A stretch of 64,000 nt of DNA from a virus, in the IMG/VR virus record IMGVR_UViG_3300032213_003587, positions 1 through 64,000 of that record. One strand, given 5' to 3'. The notes below the pieces were generated by a model. It was not told the origin of the DNA and did not search any database. It saw only the letters and a list, made by a program, of their open reading frames with translations. Within the stretch, counting starts at the first letter, position 1. The number at the start of each line of letters is the position of its first letter. The position numbers and the translations under genes were made by a program. Shown piece after piece: positions 9,928 through 19,400 of this stretch.

Positions 9928-10699
9928 TTCTTAGTATTTCTCCGAATGGATTAACTTCACTGAAATCTAGAATATCATCGGCCACCGCTTCCAGTCTAAA
10001 GTCGTCGTTGTTTGCCAGGGGATCCAGCACTTTGATGGCAGTAGTGTTTTCAAATAACAGGGTACCACTGTCATCCAGGCCTACATCGTCTAACAGCAGG
10101 TTATAACCATTTTCCATGAGCAGGTTGCCCTGCACACCAACATCCAGGCTGTGTTCATTTTCAATATCGTCAATTTTACCAATGCCGGTATCAAAGCGTT
10201 CCGAACTGTATTGATACAATTCACACTGCAGTCTATACACGTATAGCTTGCTTAATTGAAAAAACGGATTGGTTGCATCCACTCGTTTAATTTCAAAATA
10301 ATTGTCGGTCAAAGGCATGTAGATTAAATCGCCCTCGCTGGGACGATTTGGCAAGGGCAGACTTGAACTGCGTCCCTTGCTTACTACATCTTCCCAGCGC
10401 ATTCTAGCCACTACAAAGGTAGCGCTGTCGCGAAACTCAATGCCAAACTTGCTCATGAGTTCGCCTTCGCCGCCGAATCCGTCGATGTTTTCTAAGTACA
10501 TCTCCAGGGGTATGGCATTTTGGAAGGTGCTTAAGCTATCTTCTAAATCTATTTCGTCTTTGTGAACTTCTGTGCGCGGCAGATAGTAGGTATCGAATCC
10601 ATAGATTTTTATGGATTCGATGATCAGGCCTTCGATGAGACGCTGTTCGCTGCCGCGACCACCGGGAACGCCGCTCTGGAAATAGAAATTGGTGCTCAC
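9920..10699 (-). CDS. gp14: Neck protein
   Basis: ESIKIYGFDTYYLPR, SKFGIEFRD, RPSEGDLIY.P, C-terminal DFSEVNPFG. Confidence 0.93.
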   Translation of the reverse strand: MSTNFYFQSGVPGGRGSEQRLIEGLIIESIKIYGFDTYYLPRTEVHKDEIDLEDSLSTFQNAIPLEMYLENIDGFGGEGELMSKFGIEFRDSATFVVARMRWEDVVSKGRSSSLPLPNRPSEGDLIYMPLTDNYFEIKRVDATNPFFQLSKLYVYRLQCELYQYSSERFDTGIGKIDDIENEHSLDVGVQGNLLMENGYNLLLDDVGLDDSGTLLFENTTAIKVLDPLANNDDFRLEAVADDILDFSEVNPFGEILRNA

Positions 10700-10700
10700 G

Positions 10701-11684
10701 TTAGCCTACGAAAAAGTTCGGAGGAGCCTGATAGCGATTTTCCATCTCATTTTCTAATGCATTGATTTCCTGTATGGATTCGTCGTAGATTATCTGACCG
10801 TTCAACGTTACACCGCCGGGCATCTGTATGCCCTGAAACTTTTTAAGATTCTCGCCCCATTGCCGTTTAATCAAGGCTGTGGCATAGCGTTTAAGGAACC
10901 AATCGTTGTATACATCGGGAAATTCCGTGGGGTCAAGAATGCGATAACATTCAATGATCATGTATTCGCCGGGATTGGTTTCAGCCTTCCAGTCCATGTC
11001 GATGTAAAGCCGGTTGGTGTGTCGACTAAACTCTATGGTCTTCTGTCCCACCAGCAGCATTTCAATCAAACTTAGGTGAGCCTTGATCTGCTGATAGTAG
11101 ATTATGCTGGTGCTTAGGAGGTCGAATAGATCGTTGAGTCGCAGTTGATAACGCAGATCGAACATGTAGTCCATGCCGGTCTTGGTGTCAGTGAACGGCA
11201 GAACTCTTACCACATTGATGATGGCATCATTGATAGGAAGATAGCCATTGTCGAGATCGCCGAGTGTCAATCTCACCATGGTGGCTGTATTGGCACTGCG
11301 ATTACCCACCAGAGTTTCACCGGTGGTAAATGTACCCTTGATGTTTTGCAGCAGTAAGGTAGTACCCGTACTGGTCACACCCGGACCTTCCTGGGTAACC
11401 AGGGCCTGAGCCTGGCTGGTTTGCCCGATGATAATCTCACCAAGAGCAAACATATTCTGCGTAGTAGATGTAGTAGTGGAACTTACTGTCATGCGGCTGG
11501 CGGTCACCATGTGTTTCATGAAGATCCGCTGCACTGCATCGTAGTGATAGTCGCGATAGTATTGGAAAGCATCGTCGATGCGATCTTCTACCTGATCGTC
11601 ATCGACGTTGATTTCGGTTACCGGATGGCCTAATTTTCTTAGACAGTAGTCAATCAACTGCTGTCTGGTAGCCGGAGCTGCCAT
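10701..11684 (-). CDS. gp13: Neck protein with an internal beta-domain insertion
   Basis: LIDYCLRKLG.PV.EINVDDDQVEDRID, YATALIKRQWGENLKKF.GIQMPGGVTLNG. Confidence 0.93.
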   Translation of the reverse strand: MAAPATRQQLIDYCLRKLGHPVTEINVDDDQVEDRIDDAFQYYRDYHYDAVQRIFMKHMVTASRMTVSSTTTSTTQNMFALGEIIIGQTSQAQALVTQEGPGVTSTGTTLLLQNIKGTFTTGETLVGNRSANTATMVRLTLGDLDNGYLPINDAIINVVRVLPFTDTKTGMDYMFDLRYQLRLNDLFDLLSTSIIYYQQIKAHLSLIEMLLVGQKTIEFSRHTNRLYIDMDWKAETNPGEYMIIECYRILDPTEFPDVYNDWFLKRYATALIKRQWGENLKKFQGIQMPGGVTLNGQIIYDESIQEINALENEMENRYQAPPNFFVG

Positions 11685-11693
11685 ACTTCCTCC

Positions 11694-14603
11694 TTAGGCT
11701 TGAGCTTCCGTCCAGCTAATACGGAGGTTAGCAATATTTTGAGCTGTGGCCGTGGTATTTCTCAGCACAATGGTCAAAATATCCGGACCATTTGGGAATC
11801 CCGGAGTTCTTTGACTGCCGTTACCACCGATAATACTGTGACCCAGATCACGAACCTGGCTAATATCATAGTTATCCGCACCCTGATTGGTTACAAATCC
11901 AAAAATCTGCTCACCGCCGGTTACAGTTACTGTGTTACCGGTGTGGTCAATGATCTGCGCCAAACTAGCGGTACCGATGGTTGACACAATACTGGTATAG
12001 GTCCAGCTGTCTGGGAATACCGGAGCATTGGTACCACCAAAAGTACCGGGGTTAAGAATACCCAGAACCTGAATCGATGTAGTTGACGCAATACCCAGGG
12101 ATCGAGTCTGCAGTTGCATGCGATTAATGATTTCTCTGGCACCAAATTGGCCGGTAATACTGTTATCCACACTAGGTCCCAGTCGCAGACTTAGAACCGC
12201 AATACTAGTATTGGCATTAAGCACCACTGCCTGTGGTTTGGTATAGGCAAACTGAATTGCTCGGTCATCGTCAAAACCACCGTCCATGATCACGCTAGTA
12301 CCCCAGTGCATGATCACTGGTGCGCAGTTACAGGTAATGTAGGTGATGGAGCATTGTGAGCTGGCACTTGCTGTACCGCCTTCGTATTCCGACGGAACAA
12401 AGGATACGTTGCTTGTAGTGCCACCCCATTGACGGCGAGTAATGCCGCCCAAAGTCCAGGCATTCAACGTTGGGTTATAGGCCTTGGTGCTGTACGCCAT
12501 AACTTCGCTGTTTACGCCTTGCTGCACTAAAATACTGCCCGATGTCGACCAGAATTCTGCATCCTTGACCACCATGGAAGTATCGCCGCTGCCCAGGGTT
12601 ACACCATGTGTTGATATACTTCCGGACATCAATCTACTAAAAGGACCGATGTTATTTACTTCGTAGCGAGCCGGAAGGTTACCGGATCGCATATAGGCTT
12701 GATTATTTGTATTGTTATTGGCAACCTTATGGCAATATACTACATCGCCGTTGGTCATACGCCAGCCGAAACGCACAAAGCCCGCACCATACCAGGTGTA
12801 GTCAATATAAGACATCTGCATTTTACCGACGTCGATATTATAGCCCGAAGGTCCGGTGCCGTCGCAGGGATCTAAGTTCCACTGACTCTGTGGAGTTCGA
12901 ATATTTTCTGTAATATTCATGCGCACACCGCTGACTGTGCTGCCGCGATATGCTGGAGCAACATCCATGCTTGTACCAGTGTCAATCTGTATGACCTGAT
13001 AGCTTTGACCACGAATAACCACCATGTCGCCCACGGTGAGTTGTTTATGGAACTTGGTGTTCGAACCAGTAATGGTTGTGGAGCCGCTGGTAGCGGTAAT
13101 TGTACCAAACAGTTCTTTGGTGCTGCGACGACGCACTGCAAACAATGTCTGACCATCGTATTCGTAATAGAAACCGTTCTGACTATCAAACAATCCAACA
13201 CGGTTGCTGGAACCCTTCCAGTTTTTAATTGTAGCATTGGCATTAAATCCGCCGGGGCTGGTATCTGTGCTGGTGGATGTGGTGAAATATGTAAATGAGC
13301 GACCACTTAAGCTTACTGACTGCACAGTAAATGTGCCGTTGTATGGATTGGTTGCGCCGGCATTAACATCCACGCCTTCGATCGTGATTGTTACGCCGCT
13401 GGCAAAAGTTGGATTTTGTTGAGTGGTTACTGTGACCGATGTGCCAGTGGCTGTAATTGTATTGAAATCATAGTTTGGTGTTAGTTTGGTACCAGTACTC
13501 ATCTGCACACCTTTACCGCTTTGATAGCGGAAATATCGACGAGTCTGACGAATTGCCTGTACGCCTTCCTGAACATTGGAAGTGGTGATCATGATACCGC
13601 CATCGCTTGGGCGATGCACAAAGTTTGCTTCCGGACGAACCACAATACACATACCACCGATGGTTGGTGTGGTTGTACCGGTCTGTACACCTGCGGTAAT
13701 ATAACGGAAGGTGGTGGGGCTTGGTACGTCATAGACGTCGTAGGCACCGTTGATGGTGGTTGTGGTTGCGCTGTTGATGAGCAGCGGCGATCCCGGCATC
13801 AAACCATGTTTACCGGTGGTGGTTACTGTGATCACGCTGACCGCCGCATTATCCGACGCCACGGCTGAATGAATGATTCGCACCGGACTGTTAGGAGCAA
13901 CATCGTAGTTCGCACCACCTTGGATGCTGGTTGCCGATGTATAGACGTTGCCGTTGATCTGACCTTTGGCAGTATAGGTAAATGTGGTTGCAGTTGGTAC
14001 GGTTAAAATTACAAAGCTGCCTTCGGCATTGACGTCGCTGCAATAGTTTACATTGATCATATCGCTGGTGCTCAAACCATGAGAACCCACAGTAGTTACT
14101 GTCATGGTCGAACGCGGAGTCTGGTTACCGCCCTGCACGCCGTTGGCTGCGAGGTTCAAGCTGTTACCACCGCCGCGATAGAAGAACGACGGAATGTTCT
14201 GCACCATGGTAATGCTTTCCCATTTAATGGGCTGCAGGCCATATTCAAAGTCGGTGTCAATCAAGCTCTGAGGGCTTGATGTGCGCAGTTTATTGGTGGG
14301 ATCTTGAAAAATTTCCGCAAACGTAGTACGATCTTCGGGAATGTCTTCCAGGATCATGATAGCGTCCGACGTGCCCATGGCACTGGTGTCGTAGTTTAAT
14401 ACAAACTGCGTACCATTGGTGTTGAATGGAACGGTGTAGCTGGTGATGGTGAGATCGGGATCGCTGAAATTATAAAGAACCGTATTATTGGTAGCGTTGG
14501 TCACCAGCAGAAGATTCTTTCGGGGAATAATTCTGTTGGGGATTGTTACGGTCTTTGTAACAGGATTAAAGGTTGAAATCTCACTAACTATGCGTTTTGC
14601 CAT
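11694..14603 (-). CDS. Large virion structural protein (cyanophage-type)
   Basis: N-terminal TFNP...LLLVTN.T.N.VLYNFSDP and SLIDTDFEYGLQ.KWE motifs recalled from marine/freshwater T4-like structural proteins; repeated TVTT..HGL beta modules. Confidence 0.65.
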   Translation of the reverse strand: MAKRIVSEISTFNPVTKTVTIPNRIIPRKNLLLVTNATNNTVLYNFSDPDLTITSYTVPFNTNGTQFVLNYDTSAMGTSDAIMILEDIPEDRTTFAEIFQDPTNKLRTSSPQSLIDTDFEYGLQPIKWESITMVQNIPSFFYRGGGNSLNLAANGVQGGNQTPRSTMTVTTVGSHGLSTSDMINVNYCSDVNAEGSFVILTVPTATTFTYTAKGQINGNVYTSATSIQGGANYDVAPNSPVRIIHSAVASDNAAVSVITVTTTGKHGLMPGSPLLINSATTTTINGAYDVYDVPSPTTFRYITAGVQTGTTTPTIGGMCIVVRPEANFVHRPSDGGIMITTSNVQEGVQAIRQTRRYFRYQSGKGVQMSTGTKLTPNYDFNTITATGTSVTVTTQQNPTFASGVTITIEGVDVNAGATNPYNGTFTVQSVSLSGRSFTYFTTSTSTDTSPGGFNANATIKNWKGSSNRVGLFDSQNGFYYEYDGQTLFAVRRRSTKELFGTITATSGSTTITGSNTKFHKQLTVGDMVVIRGQSYQVIQIDTGTSMDVAPAYRGSTVSGVRMNITENIRTPQSQWNLDPCDGTGPSGYNIDVGKMQMSYIDYTWYGAGFVRFGWRMTNGDVVYCHKVANNNTNNQAYMRSGNLPARYEVNNIGPFSRLMSGSISTHGVTLGSGDTSMVVKDAEFWSTSGSILVQQGVNSEVMAYSTKAYNPTLNAWTLGGITRRQWGGTTSNVSFVPSEYEGGTASASSQCSITYITCNCAPVIMHWGTSVIMDGGFDDDRAIQFAYTKPQAVVLNANTSIAVLSLRLGPSVDNSITGQFGAREIINRMQLQTRSLGIASTTSIQVLGILNPGTFGGTNAPVFPDSWTYTSIVSTIGTASLAQIIDHTGNTVTVTGGEQIFGFVTNQGADNYDISQVRDLGHSIIGGNGSQRTPGFPNGPDILTIVLRNTTATAQNIANLRISWTEAQA

Positions 14604-14606
14604 GAA

Positions 14607-15836
14607 TTATTCTCCTAGAACTATGCTGTTGGCTGTAAATGGGTAGCGTCTGCGTTTCTGTCTTGAACTCGATATATTATTTATCCGTATTTCTGCGCCT
14701 TGATTATTGGCAATGGCATGCGAGAAAAATATTCTTGATCCAGAAACTTTGAACGTAAACTTACGTTCGGCGGTGTAATCCACAATCCAAGGACCAAGCG
14801 TGGTAGTCTGCGGCACCGCAGCGTAGTAATATCTACCACCAATAACAACGGAAAAGTCTCGGTTGTCTCGGTAATTCACACCTTCAACAATTGCAGTCGG
14901 CCCTGATTTAAGCGTAAAAATTCTGCGTACATTATTGAACTGATTGGAGATATCATTTAATACTGTGATAACTCCGCCACCGCCGGCTACGGCGCTGGTT
15001 GTTACTGTGCTGCTAACTGCACCACTGACTACGGCATTGCCGGTGACCGCAGTAATTACCTGAGTTGGTACAAAGATGCCGTTGAACCAGGTAATGTTAC
15101 CACCAATACCAGAATGAGCAACCGTAACATCTCTGCTAGTGCCAAAGCCATGTTGAACCGCAATTTCAAAGTAATCGGTGGTGCCGTTGGCATACGCCAG
15201 GGCACTGACCTGCATGGAATGCCAACTAACACCGGGATCGGTGCTGTTCTGGTTATTCCAACCACGATGATATTCACTACCGTTCTTCCAAAGCACAATC
15301 ATGGTTTCGCTGGTGCCCATAGGGCCATTCATGCGAACCACGGCATTTAACTGATAATAACCAGCTACTGTCGGTGTGAATCTGCTGCTGGCAAAGTTAT
15401 TGTTGTTATCCCATTCTTCGTTTTGGAATAGTACTTTTGTCTGTGTAAGACCTGCAGGAATTGACTGCGTTACGCTGCTGCTAGGATAGGCACTGAACGT
15501 AGGATAGGTGGTTGTAGAACTGCTGATGGTGCCGGTAACTGTGCTGGTTACTATGCTGGTTACTAGACTGGTCACTGTGCTGCTGACTGCACCTCCGCTA
15601 GCACTAACGTCCTGCGGACTCCATTGTGTGCCAGTATACACCAGCGCCTGGCCAGTAGTAGGAGCGGCCGTGCTGATGCTTCGGCCTCGTATCGATGTAA
15701 TTACCGGGCTGCTGGTTGAGCCACCTATGTCACCGCCGAGCTGGATTTTTGTGTTGTCCAGCTCGGCAAAGTTAGCATCAAGTTCAGCATTGGTAAGCGG
15801 CGATCCTTTGGGGATGCGCAGTGTTAATGTAGCCAT
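14607..15836 (-). CDS. Tail fibre-like protein with C1q/TNF-like domain
   Basis: N-terminal KGSPLTNAELDANF anchor; central FSAY...KVLF.NEEWD.NNNF.SSRFTPTVAGYYQ...WFNG C1q-like domain. Confidence 0.65.
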   Translation of the reverse strand: MATLTLRIPKGSPLTNAELDANFAELDNTKIQLGGDIGGSTSSPVITSIRGRSISTAAPTTGQALVYTGTQWSPQDVSASGGAVSSTVTSLVTSIVTSTVTGTISSSTTTYPTFSAYPSSSVTQSIPAGLTQTKVLFQNEEWDNNNNFASSRFTPTVAGYYQLNAVVRMNGPMGTSETMIVLWKNGSEYHRGWNNQNSTDPGVSWHSMQVSALAYANGTTDYFEIAVQHGFGTSRDVTVAHSGIGGNITWFNGIFVPTQVITAVTGNAVVSGAVSSTVTTSAVAGGGGVITVLNDISNQFNNVRRIFTLKSGPTAIVEGVNYRDNRDFSVVIGGRYYYAAVPQTTTLGPWIVDYTAERKFTFKVSGSRIFFSHAIANNQGAEIRINNISSSRQKRRRYPFTANSIVLGE

Positions 15837-15851
15837 GCTGCTCCTGAGTTA

Positions 15852-16403
15852 TTAACTTACGGTAATAGTCCAGGTAATTTGCAGTGTATCGTCGTTACCC
15901 TTGTTAACCGCATTGAATGTGGTACGGCAAAGCATGGTACCAACCAAAGTACCAGTGGAACTAGCGCTGTTGAAAATACCGGCTTCGGTAATCGCAGTAG
16001 TGTTACTGGTGATGGTACGTGCTGGGTTGTTGGTGGTAAAGGTTGCTACGTATGTAACAATACCGGTGTTTGCTGTGGCGCTAGAAATATTGGCACGGAA
16101 ATACTGGAAAATATCGCCGGTGATCAGCACTTCAGCTAGCAGGCTGGTGTCAGCCACGGCCACCGACGTTGTGCTAGTACCAATACCCATGTGGCTCATG
16201 GCCGATGTTAGGCTGATGGTGGTTGCTACAGCGGAAACGTTGGCTGTATTGCTGGTGCCCAGCATGCGAGTAGCGATGAAGTTTTTACCGTTTTGAACCA
16301 CGAGATTGGGGATATAGCGAGTATCCTTTACTGTGCCATCTGGTCCGATAAGTTTAACATCAACGCTACCACGAATTTTTGATTTCTCGTTGGCTAATTC
16401 CAT
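15852..16403 (-). CDS. Structural/fibre adaptor protein
   Basis: NLVVQNGKNFIATRM, MSHMGIGT, ITEAGIFN, MLCRTTFNAVNKG.DDTLQITWTIT; resembles phage tail-collar/fibre-base proteins. Confidence 0.55.
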   Translation of the reverse strand: MELANEKSKIRGSVDVKLIGPDGTVKDTRYIPNLVVQNGKNFIATRMLGTSNTANVSAVATTISLTSAMSHMGIGTSTTSVAVADTSLLAEVLITGDIFQYFRANISSATANTGIVTYVATFTTNNPARTITSNTTAITEAGIFNSASSTGTLVGTMLCRTTFNAVNKGNDDTLQITWTITVS

Positions 16404-16419
16404 GTTATGTTACTCCTTG

Positions 16420-19400
16420 TTAAGAAATTGTACGCGATTCGCCGATGTAATCTGACTCAAAGTAGTCAATATCTTCGACGTAGTTAGTAATACGCAGTGT
16501 TCCACGATTGATCAATGTATTTATATTTCCAAACGGGTCAAGATCTCCGATGGTCTCATCGGGACCAAAGAATCTCTGCACCCACTGTCCGGTCACAAAC
16601 GATACTTCGTCGGTCAAGGTAATAAAGTCTGCAACATCAACCTTCAGCGGTGGATAATAGAAATTACCGAGATTTCTCTGCACGCCGGTGTAGTCTTCGG
16701 CAAAGTAATCGATGTCTTCTACATAGTTGGTCATTCTCACGAAACCGCGGTCCACCAGGGCCACAGTTCCATAAGGGTCGCGATCTCCGAGCACTTCGGT
16801 GAAACGATAGTCCAGCAGCTTGGTTACAATGATGTCTTCGGTGAGACCAAAGGAATCCACACCGGCACGGGGCAATGACACATTTTTGAAGGATCGATCA
16901 AACGCTGCCTGACCATCCTGGAACAGACGACGGAAAGGAATCACTTGACGGAATACGTCGTCCACGCCCACGTTGTTGTATTCAATGCCCACACCATAGC
17001 CCGTACCAACAATGGCCGCGCTGGTGGTTCTGATGTATGGTCCAGTGGAGCTTCCGGGCTCCAGGCTCCAGCCCCAGAGACCGATGCTGTTGCTGGACCC
17101 AGTAATAAAATTCAAGCCTATGCTCTGCGCATTAGCCGGTGTAGTGAAGGTGCGCACGATACGAGTCCAGCTGCTCAGACTCAGATTGGGCTGATAGTCC
17201 GTTGGTGCTATAATATCGTTGCTGTTGGTGTAATCACGAACCGATAAAAACGTTGATCCACTGGCCACGGTTTTTAGAGCCCAGAACGACCAGGTATAGG
17301 TTGTACTGCTGCTGACTATGATATCATATTTCACCGATCCGGTGGTGCTGGTGGTGTCGATGCGATCACCGGTTATTGTGCGATCCGGAGCAACGAAATA
17401 ATCGCTGTTAAAGCTGGCTCCGGCGGCTGCAATGGCTATCAGCTGGTCCTGTAGAGCTCCGGTGCCAAACAGCGTACCTATTTGTTCGGAAAATAACAGC
17501 AGATTTGTACCATAGGGAGCGGTAGTAGCCAAAGGTTTGCTGTAATTGAAACTAAATCTTTCTAGACTGGATCCGCTGCGACGACTCTGCACACCAGAAG
17601 TTACGGCCAGAGCCGATGGATCACCAATTACAACGAAATCGCCTGAGCTTGTAGTGCCGGTTACACTGGTGCCCCAGCTGAGTAGCTGGTTGAGCGCCGC
17701 ACCCTGTCGTGCAGATTTTGTAAAATCAAACGCAGTATTTTCGCCGCTGCCCAGGAAACGATTGTTGGCCGCAAGAGCTCCGGAACCAATGGTCTGAGTA
17801 TCCCGTGTCAACGAAGTGGCTCGATAGGTCAGGCCGTCAAATGTCTGCAGGAAGTCGTCAGGCGTGGTGCGGTCATCGCCAAAGAATTTGGTGACCAAGA
17901 AACTGATGCGTTCCAGGTTACTAGGTGTGCGGAACGGTATGCTGAAGCCGATGGTTACTGCATCCGAAGTAGTTCGATTAGTATACCATTCTGCAAAATA
18001 CTCATCAAAGATGCCGGTCTGGTCCAGTTGTTTAGCACCAATACCCACGGCCACCGAACTCTGGAAGTCCGGCAAGCCATTAATGGTTTTACGGGTAATT
18101 GAATATGCCGCGCCAGCCTTGGCTGATAGACTGTAGTTAAATGCCGTATTTTCCAGCAGACTGCCACTAACTCGATATCCTACACTGGCACTGGATCCAA
18201 AACCAATCTGCACCGGCGTTGTTGTTAAAAATCCAGCGTATCCATCGATGTCGTTGTATGTGTCGTAATGTGGAGCAAGTTTACGTACAACAAATGACAC
18301 ATTCTCTCGATTGGCGCCTTGTAATCGATCGCCGATGCTGCTGCCCGGTATCACAACGGCAGGCACTGTATTGTCGGCTAGTTTGGCATACTGCAGACTG
18401 ATGTTTTCAAGTCTGGCACCAGATCTTCTGCTTGGTGCAGCATTGGTGGTTGGTAAGGCAGTTGGATCGCCGGCTACAACAAAATCACCGCTGCTGGTTG
18501 TGCCGGTTACGCTGCTGCCCCAGCCAGTAATCTGGTTGAGGATGGCACCCTGACGTGCAGATTTAACTACATCAAAATTTATTACTTCAGGGCTACCCAA
18601 GAATCGGTTATTGGCCGCCGTAGCTCCCGATCCCATGATCTGGATGTCGCTCTCCAACAGAGTGGCACGATAAGTTAAACCGTCAAATGTCTGCAGGAAG
18701 TCGTCGGGTATCACACCATCGTCACCGAAGAATTTGGTGATCAAGAAACTGATGCGTTCTAACGTACTTGGTGTGCGGAACGGTATTTGACTACCCAGCA
18801 CAACGCTGTGACTTGGACTTCGTGAAGTAGCTATTTCAGCTATATAAAGATCCAACACACCGGTCTGATCCAGTTGCTGTGCACCAATACCCACGGCCAC
18901 TGAACTCTGGAAGTCCGGCAATCCTTCAATGGTCTTGCGAGTAATAGCATAGGCCGAACCAGCCTTGGCTGTTAAATTAAAGGTTTTGAATATGCTGTTT
19001 AAATCGTAAGGCTGAACAGCGTCTGGACCATACTCAGTATTAGCAAGTTTTCTAAATACAAAGCTAATGTTCTCGCGATTGGCACCCTGAAGTCGATCGC
19101 CGATGCTGCTGCCGGGAATTACAAAGGCCGGTACTAGGTTGTCCGCTGGTTTGAAGTATTGTAAGCTGATGTTTTCTAGACTAGCTCCGCTGCGACGACT
19201 TGGTGCGGTGTTGGTGGTTGGTAGAGCCGTTGGATCGCCGGCTACAACAAAATCACCGCTGCTAGTTGTACCAGTTACGCTGCTGCCCCAGCCCTGCACT
19301 ACGTTTAATGTGGCTCCTTGTCTAGCAGACTTTCTAACGTCAAACGCAGTATTTTCGCCGCTGCCCAGGAAACGATTGTTAGCCGCAAGTGCTCCAGAAC

